From positions 119,722,001 through 119,786,000 of the forward strand of contig OX597816.1 of the NCBI GenBank assembly GCA_951406725.2: a DNA stretch of 64,000 bases, read 5' to 3'. The stretch's first letter is position 1; each line of letters opens with the position of its first letter. A program made the position numbers and the translations under genes. Source of the DNA: Octopus vulgaris. Lineage: Eukaryota. The notes under the pieces were generated by a model, which had not been told where the DNA came from, made no database searches, and saw nothing but the letters and a program-made list of their open reading frames with translations. Of the stretch, positions 23,345 through 37,375 are shown piece after piece.

Positions 23345-24431
23345 GAGCTAACTAGATCCTATAAAGGAGCTGTTGTGGTAGCAGACCGCGAAACACGGTT
23401 GAAATTCCTCCTTGGGAGGTATCGTGTGGCTGACTGCAGGATCTTGTGGGTGACTACAAATAGAATATTTGTATCTTTATTTTTCACACCTACCCTGAGC
23501 GTTTCTCTGTAAGGTAAAGATCGGGATTTCCTTTGCTTTTGTTATGGCATGCTGAATTAACTTGGGATATTTTTGTTTCTGAAGGAAACATACATTATAC
23601 ATTTATGCGTGTTTAGGAAACGTGTCTAAATATACTGTTGTAAAAAAAAAACCTCTCCATTGCTATGTTTTATGATTCACCATGCCATGATGCTCAGTTG
23701 TATCAGTCTTATTTTCTGTATCTACCGTAGCGATATAATAGTGAAATATTTTTTTTCCTTTCTAGTCTCCCGGTTCACATGAAACACTGAAAGGAAACTT
23801 GAACAATGAATTGTAAAATTATAAAAGCGGTGTAGGATTTGTAAATTCTCATCCATACTTTAAATAAACCATTATGAATTCAAGACTGCACTAAAAGCAC
23901 ATACCTAAGGTGTTGACTAGTGCGATCGAACCCATAAACAACGTAGCTACGAAACGAACTTCGTAGCAACCCAGCCATCCCCCCAGTTAATATATAGATA
24001 TTTTTGCAGCCCTACCATCACTTACTTATGCCAACGTACCACCAAAATATTAAATGCCTTTGTCACGTTTTACAAAAATTGATTGCTTGATTGATTACTC
24101 GCTATCGCAGTAAGTTCAGCTATTTTTTAAGAATGATTACTAAACAAAAATTTTTTTGATAGAAATTTTACAGTTCTCGCAAGTTTTGTTGATATTAATT
24201 ATGCAGTCCATCTTTTATTTAATATATAATATGTTGTGCGAGTTGTAGGTTATACAGAAATATCAAAAACAAAAGCGAACGAAATAATATACAAATATGT
24301 TTCTATACGTAGGTACATAAAACGATTTCTTTCAGATAGTCATGGCGATATTGTTCGTAAAGTAGTGCAAAATACATTCAAATAGGAATAAGCTGACATA
24401 TATTAGGGAACAGACAGATTGATAGATAGAC

Positions 24432-24479
<48 letters not shown>

Positions 24480-25544
24480 TTGTTTTGGCTTGCATCCTAC
24501 AGATTTAACCGACATTCTCGGAAGATGTGCGTGCGCGCGCGTGTGTATTTGGTTTGATAATAGGGGTTCCTAGTTCTATCAAGTCACATATGGGATCACC
24601 AGGATATTGTCAAGCAGGAAGACTAGGGCAAGCCATAGGAGGTGATGTGGCGAATGGTTCTACCCCAGTTTCCTGTAGGTACCCAAATTGCCACCTCTGT
24701 AGATACCCGGAGCAGAAACGTATTGGATTTTGAGTGAGCAATTTGGACATTTAGGACTTGCTTTCACACCCTTCACAATTGTGTGATACCAGTACCGCTA
24801 CAAGGACACATAAGGTTCATTTCTTTTCTGCAGAGAAGGTCAGTTTACGAAGACCATACAAAGCTATCTTTTAGGGTAGTGAGAGCCCATCCGAACTTAA
24901 TTATCCATTAAAGGGTGGTGGATATTCAAGTGTATCGACCCACCACCACTACGACACCCAAGTACTTGACTACTTTGATCTGTCGAAGTACTTTGACCTG
25001 TCGAACCCGGAAAGTTAAAAGGCAAAGTTAATGGGATTTGAACTCAAACACGGAACATATATGACCATAACTAAACACCACAAAGAATTATGTTCATCAC
25101 TCTGCCGATTCTATCAATCCAACTTCTTGAATACATTCAACTATAATATTTGCAATTTGAATATAAGGTCATATATTTGGAGATAAGATATGGTCGATTA
25201 TATTTCTCCCTAGTGGTTAACGGGTACTTTATTTCATCAACTCCGGTAGGTTAAAAGGTAAAGTGAGTCTCGGCGGAATAATTCAAAGTCGAAATACATA
25301 CTGACTGACAAATATAGAACGCCTAATGTAGAACTTTTCCTTTTCGATACCATTTGTTGGCCTTTTTTTTTTAGTTAATATCGGACCAGATAGTTCTTCT
25401 GATTATTATGCTAAAGGAATGCGAAGATCACAAGTGTAGCCTTACTTCTTTAATATACTATTATATATATTTATCTGTATATCTATGAATGAGTGGACAA
25501 ACGAAAGGGCACTCAACACATTTATTAGGTACATTTCTTTTATT

Positions 25545-25739
25545 CTTTTACTTGTTTCAGTCATTTGACGGCGGCCAAGCTGGAGCACCGCCTTTAGTCG
25601 AACAAATCAACCCAAGGACTTATTCTTTGTAAGCCTAGTACTTATTCTATCGGTCTCTTTCGCCGAACTGCTAAGTTGCAGGGATGTAAACACACCAACA
25701 TCGGTTGTCAAGCGATATGGTGGGGGACAAACACAGAAT

Positions 25740-25779
<40 letters not shown>

Positions 25780-25972
25780 AAAGGAAAAATTCTATCAGAA
25801 AGGAACTCTTTCTCTCTTAAAAAAATTTTGATAAGCATAACAAATGCGCAACCGGTAAAAAGAACTTTCACCTAATTAAATTACTTAAATTACTTAAATT
25901 ATTTTGTCAGCATTTTCTTCATTTCCTTTTTTTATATATCACAACTCGTGTTCCACATCTCCTTTTTAAATA

Positions 25973-26037
<65 letters not shown>

Positions 26038-26192
26038 GGCCTCTTTCAGTTTCCGTCTACCAAATCCACTCACAAGGCTTTGGTCGGCCAGAGGCTATAG
26101 TAGAAGACACTTGCCCAAGGTGCCAAGCAGTGGCACTGAACCCGGAACCATGTGGCTCGGAAGCAAGCTTCTTACCACACAGCCACTCCCGC
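25545..26192 (-). mobile_element. CORE-type SINE split into tail (25545-25750) and head (26034-26192) by microsatellites and an AT-rich insert
   Basis: Both parts match 32337-32709. Confidence 0.88.
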
Positions 26193-26698
26193 GATTGACG
26201 CCTTGCATTCTCGGTGTCCCTTTTAAATTCCAGCATTTTAAAAAATAAAGTACTATTCTTTCCCCACACACCTTAATTTTGAATTGAATTTACGGTTAAG
26301 AGATTCGCTTCGAAATCATGTAGTTCTAGATTCGATCTTATAACACATAACCTGGAGCAAATGTCTTCTCATATGACATTACGTCGATCCACTATAAGTA
26401 AAATTGGGTAAACGGTAACTGTCAAGTTACCATCGGATGAATTGTACCTATTCTTATGCGGTAGACTTACCCTGTCGCTCGGTTTTAATACCCCTTTTGG
26501 CCCTTGGGATACCGTAAGCAGAATCCATTCTTTAGCAAGCACTCAGTCCTGGTACCAATCACGGATTAGCTATTAGTCATGGTTTCTTCACCCTTCCCCA
26601 CTAATCTTAATTGCTCTGCAAAATATCATGGGCGCATCACTGATTAAGCGATCTTTCCATCATTGATTAAACTATTAATAAATCTATAAGGTGATATA

Positions 26699-27604
26699 TC
26701 TCTTATGATAAAAGGCAGATTTTCTCTGCCTGTTACCATGTTCGTTTTTAATACAATTCTACAATATAGAATTTCTTCAATTGGAATTTACCTATGATTT
26801 TTCGAAGTAGATTCGATTGGGTCATGGCATATAAAGTTTTTTTTCAATTTGACCCCCAATTAAGCAAAAATTCGAGAAAAGTAAATATTTTACGATTTGC
26901 CTCTCTAATTTCAACTGCTACACTCCTGCTATTACCATACTTTCTCCTACTTTCTCTTTGCAAGTGTACCTTAAACCACTCAAAAAAATACAGAGCAAAC
27001 AGAAACAAATAAATACATAACGATTTACTCCTCACACAATTTCTTCAATTGGAATTTACCTATGATTTTTCGAAGTACATTTTACTCGGTCATGGCATAT
27101 AAATTTCTTTCAATTTGACACCCAATTAAGCAAAAATTCGAGAAAACTCAATATTTTACGATTTCCCTCTCTCACTTCAAAGGCTTTACTCCGCCTATTA
27201 CCACACTTTCTCCCACTTTCTCTTTACACACATAAACACGCAAACATATACATATATGACAGTGTCAATTGTTGAAAGAAAATTGTAAGCTAAGAAGGTG
27301 TGTGTGTGTGTGTATGATAGAGAGTATGATAGAAGGGTTGCTCTTCCTTCCGCAGAAGATAAAAATCAAATCAGACCATGTTAACACCAAAAATTATTTA
27401 CATCAAAAAGGTGCTTTTTTCTATGAAAATCCCTATTTTTTACGATTTTTTCACTGCTGTGTCGCCACTTTTCGGTGTATTTCAACCAGAAAAATGTTCA
27501 CTTGAAGAGAATAACAAGCTACATAATGCAAAATTTTTACTTTTCAAAAATTCCAATTCCAGCGGGTCGAAACAAACCCAAGCAACGACGGGCGATACTG
27601 CTAG
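26699..27604 (+). mobile_element. Non-autonomous Helitron with internal ~268-bp-period duplication
   Basis: 5' A|TC, 3' CCCAAGCAACGACGGG hairpin-like motif then CTAG|T; repeat units start at 26770 and 27038. Confidence 0.82.
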
Positions 27605-29399
27605 TTTACAATAATTGAACCGGTTTGAAGATTCCTTGATTTTAAAAGTTGTGTGAGAATGAGGGATATAGAGCTATGCTGTAACTGTCTGACCTCTGAA
27701 CGGTGCTTGAAAATTCGTTCCTCTTTATATTAAAAAAAATATATGTCAAATTGTTATCAGTTAAGATAAAGATTAATTGGCTGAAAATGGTCACAAGGTC
27801 AGGAATACAATTTGGAAAATTCTCTGCCTGACCTCATAACCATCTTCAACCATATTGCATGGATATTGATAGCACCAAAAGTCACACATACACATGTGTG
27901 GTGGGTAGGGTTGTATTGTGCGCATGAGTGTAATGTAAAACGATTATAATAGTACTTCTCCGGTTTCGCGCCTGGATACTCATCATAGAAATAGGTATTA
28001 GATGGAAGATCATAGCGGCCATATAAAAGTTGGTAGAAGGAAGAGGAGATATAGTTGGTAAGTCTGTTATGCGTGTTTTTGCTATTAAAGTGAATATTAT
28101 TTAAAGAAATAATAAACTCTATTGGCTTTTTGGTTCTAGTGGAGGACGTATTGAATGAATCATGTATTTGACGTACATTTAGGAAAATATTTACTTTATA
28201 GTGGATAATTTTAAATTTCTGTACTCAGTCTCATATATTCATCTAACTAGGCACAGTAGAACCTCATCCATTCATTCAGGTCGGGCATCTTCTCCAAACC
28301 AATGTAACTCTTCAACGCCAGACGTCCCGATCGAACGAATAGTCCTGGGTTTGAACGAAGAGTGTGGAACCACTTCTTCGCCATTATTGTTTGCAGGTCT
28401 ATTCCGAACCTGAGTTGTGGTTCCTGTCAGGATCCCGGATAGTGTTAAATAACATGTAACCAACCAAGCCAGGAAACGTTAAAATCATGGGATGTAGCAT
28501 GGTGGATGTGAACTACTTTTAGCTGATGAATTTATTGAGTCAATGGCGAATATCATCACTAGATGCTGGGCGGATGGACAAACAACAAACTGTCAATGGC
28601 CAGGTTCAACCAATTCAGTTAACATATTACCATCATCTATACTCGTGGCGTGCGCAGATGAGACATTTCAGCAAGTGACGAGTAACTAAAACTCTGGTTA
28701 AACTTTCATACCTCGTCACTTGATCAGCAGAACCCCAAGAACCACATTTCAGCAAGTTACAAGATCAGTATGTGACGTACTATATTCCTATTTATATTTT
28801 CTTTAGAATTTGTTAATTTAGTTTGTATTATAGATATAAACCCTGTGTTTTTCAATGTGTTTAATGTTTAATTTTAATATATACTGTTAAAGCAGAGGGG
28901 TGAATTTTAATCTTTTGTCAGTTTTAAAGAATATGCTATTTATTACAAGAATATTTTAAAGAGGAGTGATTTTTTTAATAGCATATTCTTAATTGCATAT
29001 TCTTCATTAGTTAGTCTTAAGAAAAGATTTTTATTAAGAATACGTAATTAAAAAAATATAATTAAAGTTTATTCTTTTGGGATGCATACGTGATGGTTTC
29101 CATTCACACAACTGTACATGTCTTCTTTCCCAGTTATTACACACCCAACTTTATGTATTCATATGTATACAATAGTTCATATGAAATCGCTTCTTTCTCA
29201 ATATTTTATGCATTGAAACTAAAGAAACTTTTGAGTAACGTTATGTGCAGACAAATCACCTGATTAAAAAAAAGAAGGTCTGAAACCGATACACATTGCA
29301 TACGTTCGTAATCCAATTCATTTTTGAAGAATCAAATATTTAAAATATATGAAAATGTATTTAAATACAGATAGATACACACATACATATATAATATAT

Positions 29400-29419
29400 G
29401 TCTGTCTATGTATATGTAC

Positions 29420-29512
<93 letters not shown>

Positions 29513-29560
29513 TAGATAGATATACATACATACATATACATACATACGTACGTATGTATA
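29400..29560. repeat. (GATA)n/(GACA)n/(TACA)n microsatellite
   Basis: Directly visible. Confidence 0.97.
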
Positions 29561-29858
29561 TGGATGATCTACATAGAAATAAATTATATAAATGAGACTA
29601 AAAGTATATAAAGGCGAAAAACGTATTGTCTTTTACTTAATGCTTGAAATAATTTTATTTATTCTTAATCGTTTTCACAATTCCTATTTCACAGTTACAC
29701 TATTATGTACAATGGGATAAATTTATTAGTTTTAATATATTTTCTCACTCTTTCATTGGTCGAAAGTTAAAATGATTCCTTTAACAATGGGAGTATTTCG
29801 AGACTTATACACACAGCATATATATATGTGTGTGTGTGTGTGTGTGTATATTGTAATG

Positions 29859-29915
<57 letters not shown>

Positions 29916-31329
29916 AATATATATGGTCATATATTTATGTATGTATGCATAGTAATTTGTTCTTCGCATACCTGCTTAATAGATAATAGAATTAACAAAG
30001 TTACACTTGAAAAAATGTATTTTGATGAAATAAATATAAATTAATAGACGATAAAATATCTAAAATATTAAATGATATTAAATGTGTCTTCGTTTGTGTG
30101 TGTGTGCGCACACACACACACACACAGTCATATATATGGCCGTATAACGGGTGCTGATGTCGCTGTTAATCTCAGTTTGCCGGCCAGAGCAAGATGCATT
30201 TTGAACTAAACAATTTCCCGATCGAAATTTTGAAAGTTATTTCTGGCAAACACGTTACGTAACAGCATATTCTCTGTACAGAGCGCTTATCTTCCTGCAG
30301 GCTTTTGCCACGTTCTTGCCTTTATAAAATAAAAAGCATCATGTGTCGATAATGCTCGTTTTGGTTCTCCATTTTCAGTGTAATCCCAAGCACACAAAAT
30401 ACAACCTGTCTCGTCACAAGTTCGTGTCGAACTCAGTTGAAGTGTCAAGTAGCTAAAGAGTACGCATGTGCAAGAGACAATCTGGAGTTAGTTACTTATT
30501 AGAGTGCCTGCAGTTTAGTGACAACAAAAACCTAACGGATGTTTTTGCCCAACCTATTATATTGAGAAGCATCTATAATTTCGAATCCAACTAGTCAATC
30601 ATCGAGGATTACGTTCTTGCACACTAATGGATTTACATGCCTGCTATGTTTATCTGAGAATTACAACATACTGATGTAACGTTTAATTTGTTAAACTAGA
30701 ATTAGTCCCGTCTCTTCCTGCATTAGACAACGTGTATATATGATGAACACTTTATCAACAAGTTCGATGTTGTAAGAATCGTCTATTGTCAATGTCAGCC
30801 ATATTATCAACGCCGGCCATACGCTAAGTTACCTACAAGTAGTTTTTGTATTTTTTTTTTTTTAATATTCTTGAAACTCACTGCTTTTCATTGCCACAGA
30901 CGATTTTTTTTCGTTGAGTTCATTCCCCTTCGAACATATATACAAATATACACACATCCACAACATACACACTCACAGAGTATACACACATCCACACACA
31001 CAGAGTATAAACACACACACGCTCAAACACGCATACATACACGTAGAAAGGCCTCTGTACGAGGGGACGTACACACTCACTCACACACATACACAGTCAC
31101 ACACGTGTGCAACATATAAACTGCCTCTAATACACCGCCTCTAACATTAAAGCTTTTTCAACTGGCAAGAGAAAATCAAATATTTGTGCCGTTGCTACGA
31201 ATATGGCTATCTCTTCTTCGTTCACCTACTTACTGCTTTACCTTTGCTTTGTGCCATATCGGTCCTCTTTTCACTGCTTATTCACTCGTTCTGTACACAT
31301 ACCGCACCAACCTTATCTATAAAAACACT

Positions 31330-31420
31330 CACACACACACACACGCACACACTCAGTCGTGTGTACATACATATGTGTGTATGTATATGCATACACGTAT
31401 ATACGTATATGTATAAACAC

Positions 31421-31458
<38 letters not shown>

Positions 31459-31588
31459 TGCATATACTACATGTAAAACAAAATACAAGCACATAGAAGA
31501 TTAATCAGAAATACATACATATGCGCTGAATGTACACATGCATAAATAAATCTATTCGCACATGTATACCTACACATGTATTTGTGTG

Positions 31589-31636
<48 letters not shown>

Positions 31637-31709
31637 CATATATATATATGTGTGTGTATATATATACATACATACATACATGCATACATATATATATATA
31701 GATAGATAG

Positions 31710-31742
<33 letters not shown>

Positions 31743-31895
31743 TATTTACACATATTTACACATATATATAATATATATACACATATACATATATACATAT
31801 ATGCATATATATATACATAATTACATATATATATATATATATATATATATACGCATATATACATATATATATGTGTGTGTGTGTGTGTGTGTATA
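31330..31895. repeat. Compound TA/CA/TG microsatellite field
   Basis: Directly visible. Confidence 0.95.
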
Positions 31896-31934
31896 AAGAA
31901 ACGGAGTTAAGCGCAGGTTTTATTAAAATCTTTA

Positions 31935-32022
31935 TACCTCCGACATATGTTTCGAAGAAACATTAGTATTATTCCAGAGGGAATAAAATTATGTAAAACA
32001 AAGCGATCTTCTCATCGGGTAA
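31935..32022 (-). ncRNA. Type I hammerhead motif with long loop II (U4C or small deletion)
   Basis: Minus strand reads TTAC CCGATGA GAAGA...TCTTC GAAAC ATAT GTC GGAGGTA; palindromic stem III ACATATGT; AATAAA downstream. Confidence 0.7.
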
Positions 32023-32117
32023 AAAAGAGAAATAAAATACATCAACAAGCTATTTTTACCCTGGTAACTATTTATTTTTTCCGTGTTATTTGTACACATT
32101 GAAAAAATACACATACA

Positions 32118-32157
<40 letters not shown>

Positions 32158-32202
32158 TATATAAAATTTCTTATCGACAACGTTAAATGCAAAAAATGGC
32201 TT

Positions 32203-32276
<74 letters not shown>

Positions 32277-32336
32277 CATACATATATATACATATATATA
32301 TATATACATATATATATACATATATATATGTACATA

Positions 32337-32709
32337 CTCTTTTACTTGTTTCAGTCATTTGACTGTGGCCATGCTGGAGCACCGCCTTTAGTCGAGCAAA
32401 TCGACCCCTGGACTCATTCTTTGTAAGCCTAGTACTTATTATATCGGTCTCTTTTGCTGAACCGCTAAGTTACGGGAAAGTAAACACACCAGCATCGGTC
32501 GTCAAGCGATGTTGGGGGGACAAACACAGACACACAAACACACACACATATATACATATATATATATACATATATACGACGGGCTTCTTTCAGTTTCCGT
32601 CTACCAAATCCACTCACAAGGCTTTGGTCAGCCCGAGGCTATAGCAGAAGACACTTGCCCAAGGTGCCACGCAGTGGGACTGAACCCGGAACCATGTGGT
32701 TCGTAAGCA
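32337..32709 (-). mobile_element. Near full-length CORE-type SINE
   Basis: Contains the head (B-box GGTTCAGTCCC, CORE-like) and the tail. Confidence 0.93.
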
Positions 32710-32710
32710 A

Positions 32711-32749
<39 letters not shown>

Positions 32750-33379
32750 CTTTTAATAATGGGGAAGTTACAAAGTAATTGTTGGCCTTGTGCTAAAATT
32801 TGAAGCCAATATTATAAATATATATATTCGATATGTAAACGTTTAATAGAGAGTCCTCGATATTATGGACAACTTGTGAACTCTTCGTAAACAATACAGT
32901 TATTCACTTATGTGAGCCAGGGTAAGTCTAAATGCACCGAAAAATAATACAGTTTATATTACCAGACATTAAATAGAATACTTAATAAAATCTTCCAATG
33001 CAGAGTTTCTCTTTCATACTGTTTTCACTGATTAGGGATATTAAATTCAAAAAATAACAATGACTTCCTGATGAAACTAAATGCTGATCCATGGAAAATA
33101 ATAACTCTAGAAAATTATTTATTCACCCTGACAAAATAAAGATGTCTTTATAAAATTAACCACATACCATCTAAGTGTGTCTACTTTCATCATGTATGCT
33201 TATAAGAAATCAAATTTGTACACTCCAAACGAGATCAAAATTCAGAACCAGATTATTGACTTAGATTCAAATGTAGATAACAGGACAGAGCCGCTTGCTT
33301 TTATACAGTCATATTTTAAATCTAAGGATCACAAAGAAAACTCCGAGTAAAAAACTAAAATAGGATGATAAATACACTA

Positions 33380-34900
33380 ATAAATGATTGAGGTGTTATC
33401 AGTAAACATATAGTAGATAATTTTACAACTAAAATGATAAAAGCATCGCCAATACTCCGATAAAATAACTCATTTGCTGTTCTAGAATGTTTTAGAATGA
33501 TACATCTGTCTTCCTCCAATAAAACACTGAATTTCTACATCTCTACGTATCATTAATCCCTAAATCATTATGCACAAATTCTTTAATTTTGCTAAAAAAA
33601 AAAAAGAAATACTACGGTCGATGACATTAGAATTATATTACACGCGAGAAAAGCTATACTGAGAAATAATCAATCTGTTCAGATTTTTAAATGGTTAGGC
33701 CATTTTAAAATCTCCAACGCAACTTCTGATATCTGTGTGGGCGTCAAAGATTCCGCTGAAATTAGTAATCTCAAAATTCGATGCCAACTAACCAACTTAA
33801 AAACAAGTTCTCTAAACTGAAGAAGGATTTTATAGAGATGGTAACCTCTTTTCAGGTAATGTTAATCCGCAAGATCCGCAAGAGATGGATAAATTCAGAA
33901 AATACACAATCTGTTCTTCAAAAGTTATTAACTACAAATAAAAAAACATTAACCTTACCTCTAGTGCTCTATACTGCAATTCAAATGAAACATTAAACTA
34001 TATACACTGGCTATCTGACAATCCAAATATCATTATTAATGGCTTAGTCCAGATCATCTCTCTTGGGCTTTCCAAATTAACCGCCAATAAAGTTGTTGTT
34101 TTTTTTACCTTAGTTAAATAATATTACACTCATTCAAAAATATGAATGCAAAAACAATCATGTACAAGGAAGGCAACTCTAGAAAAACAACCCGCAGTAA
34201 CAAAAAAAGAAATGTCATTTGGTATAACCCTCTTTTTCAGTTTACCTGTAAAATCCTAATACTTCACAATTTCTTTACTTTATCCAGAAACACCGAATAT
34301 TACAAAATCTTCAAGAAAAACATCATTAAAACTTTTTGTGCCTTGTCTCATCTAAACTACAGTTCCTTACCTCATCTAAACTATCTAAATTAAACCAAAT
34401 TACAACTAACCGATGACCCGTAATTCCAACTGTACAATTTAATTTCTTTTTAAATATTAGTTGTTTATATAAAATGTAATATAAATCCACAGTATACAAA
34501 CTAACAATCCTACTAAAGCATACATTTGCTTCATTTCGAACCCATTTACATCACGATTTAACCATTTAACCAGTATACAGTTACAGGTGCAAAGATATCT
34601 CAATAGTGGAAATAGAAAAACCTACGCTTTATGAACTACTGACGGCTGTGTTTTCGTTTTATACAGCATTCATCTGTAATTGACATTCAGAAAAAAATTT
34701 CTTATCGACAACGTTAAATGCAAAAAATGGCTTGAAATATTTTACTGATCTTAATCCTCTTCCGTTTACATTAAGATATACTATTCTACTAACGATTAAA
34801 TATTGACCTGTATATTGAATGACCACCCACCTTCTACACCAAAATAGTATAATATCTCCAAATGATCCCCTTGTGTTCATCCTCTCAAAAGTTTGTCAGA
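33380..34900 (+). pseudogene. Heavily decayed AT-rich Penelope-like RT + GIY-YIG (different clade from 3140-4880)
   Basis: Remnants VGVKDSAEISNL (cf. MGSYDGAEVCEL), GFYRDG (cf. YRDDG), KKRNVIWYNP and KAYICFISNPFTSRFNH (cf. YIG..F..RY.NH). Confidence 0.75.
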
Positions 34901-34967
34901 CATATTTTAATAATTTAGATTCACATTGCACCATTAACATTCATTTCCTAATATATTTTATGTCATT

Positions 34968-35115
34968 TACGTTCTGATTTCAAATTCCGCCGAGGTCGAC
35001 TTTGCCTTTTATCATTTTAGGGTCGACAAATTAAGTACCAGTTACGTACTGGGATCAATCTAATCGACTGGCCCCTTCCCCAAAAATTTCGGGCCTTGTG
35101 CCTAGAGAAGAAAAG
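34968..35115 (+). mobile_element. SINE fragment (second family)
   Basis: TTCAAATTCCGCCGAGGTCGACTTTGCC. Confidence 0.9.
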
Positions 35116-35544
35116 AATATATTTTATGATGTGATTTGCTTTTATATATTATACAGTTATAGTTTATTCATAATGTCTTAAATTCTCTCTAAGTATATTT
35201 TTACGCTCTATAAATTTTATCCTTATGTCTATTCTTATTATTCCATATTTCTTTGTGCGTCCGTCTGAAAATGAATCTGTCCGAATGCGAGCATACTTGG
35301 ATATGTTAACACTGATACCCTCCCATTAAACGAAGACTAACACCTCCTAATCATCTCGCCCTTAATTCTCTACCTCCCATATATATAAGAAAAAAATCAG
35401 GCAATAAATTTACTATTTACTTTGGAAAACATGTTGCTTCAGAAACTTAACAATTAACTAACATACAAAACCACCTCGCATGGGTTCCATGCAAATACCT
35501 ACTAACTACATCTTAAAAGCGACCTCACTAATACAATTAATATT

Positions 35545-35758
35545 AGTTTCAATTTTGGACACAAGGCCAGAAATTTCAGGGGATGAGGTAAATCGATTAC
35601 ATCTACCCCAGTGCTTAATTAGTACTTATTTTATCGAATCCGAACGGACGAAAGACAAGGTCGACCTCGACGGAATTTGAACTCAGAACGTAGCAACAGA
35701 CGAAATGCCGCTAAACATTTTGCCCGGCGTGATAACGATTCTGCCAGCTCGCCGCCTT
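35545..35758 (-). mobile_element. Full SINE (second family)
   Basis: Ends GATTCTGCCAGCTCGCCGCCTT. Confidence 0.9.
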
Positions 35759-35935
35759 TAATACACTTAGTATTATTGTTTATCTCAAATAAATTTTAAT
35801 TAATCAATATACTCTGAGTATATGAAATATAAACGTTCCCTATAATTCTTTAAAATCTGTTCAATGAGTTGCTTTCCTAGCTTTTATTGTCTTCCTATTC
35901 TTTTCTATCTTTCTTGTGTGTAACTAATGAGAGAG

Positions 35936-36200
35936 GGGGGATCTTTTCATTTTCGTCGCCTGGACGTCAGATTTTTCTAGTTAACTAAATAATTTGAAAC
36001 TTCGTGTACTGGTAGAGTGTCTCAAAACAAAACACTAATTCCAACTTGTTTATTTGAGAAAAATCTATTTTATGACTTTAATCGTAGATTAAATCTGCGA
36101 ATTTTAACCAATCATATTGTTTGTTTTCATATGTAATACTTTACTGCATTCTCTTAGTGTGACGTAGAAAGCTATTTTGTGACGTAGGCAACTGTGCACA
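35936..36200 (+). mobile_element. Solo arm of a long-TIR (MITE/foldback) family
   Basis: GGATCTTTTC..CAGATTTTTCTAGTTAACTAAATAATTTGAAACTTCGT matches 42879-43125. Confidence 0.8.
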
Positions 36201-37375
36201 GTTTGGAAATTATTAATTAAGACGAGCAAATTATATTTCCGTCGTCTTAAATTTCGTTTTCGCTTCGAAAAATAATTACTGTAACATCGAGAGGTTCACA
36301 TAATTCTATTATTTACATTATTATCATTACAGCCTTAAAGTAAATCTTTGTCAATTTTCCGTTTTACCAGTGCCTCATTAAGAAGAGAACACGTGCGGAG
36401 GTCTGACTGTATTTTATTTAATTTCTGTTTAAAATTTTATACAAAACTAATAATTTGAGCTGTTTTACAAACAATAATTTTTAAAATGGCTAGTCTAGGT
36501 GAATTGTTTAGGTTTTCGCTTATTATTTACAATAACATACGTGAAATGTAAACAACTCGAAATAATGTAAACACTGAATCGGCCATACATACATACATAC
36601 ATACACACACACACATACACACACATACATACACATACATACATACACACACACACACACATAGATACATACACACATGCATTTTCGTATGTGTGTGTTT
36701 ACGTGTAGTTCTGGGACTTTTTTGTTTTGTTATATTATCAATCGCGAACTTCCCGATTCTACATTTTCCGTCAAAGTGACCCTGCACAGGTTTATTACTT
36801 AGTCCTAAACCAACCCTTTTCAAAGAGAACAATGACGAAAGGCTTTCCCAACTCAACCGTGACCATCACTTTTTCGAGTATCTAACACTACATTATCGCA
36901 CAGTCCCCTTTTTACAAAGGTTAGCAGTGAAGATTTGGCTTCTATTTCTAGCAGGATAGGCAGTCGCTGTGTCTTGTCTTTCTTCCATTCCTTTTTAAAG
37001 GTGGTTTGGGAGTGGTTGGAGCTAAATGGCTGCTATTTCAAGCCGAACAAACAACCGCTTTGTCGCGTCTTTCACCCCCGTTTTAAAGATAGCTAGAAGT
37101 GGTGTAGATTTGACTGCTATTTCTAGCAACTGTGTCTGTCTCATATTTCTTTCCTTCTCAGCAGTAAGCAGTAATTGATTCTACAACATAGAGGTTACTG
37201 GAGTGATTTCTATTGGAACTTTATGTTGTTATTTAACTCAAGGTCAACCTGATCGAAGAAAACCCACGATGATAAGACAATCTCACTGTAATCTGTTCAT
37301 TTTTTTTTTCCTGCAGGCATAAATTTCTGTATAACCGATAGTAGTGTGACATTTGAGAGAATTAACTGGCTGCTA

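Noticed and set aside
30135-30820. DNA transposon with TATGGCCG/CGGCCATA ends
   Set aside because: Only 8 bp of inverted match, with no TSD or transposase remnant recognised.
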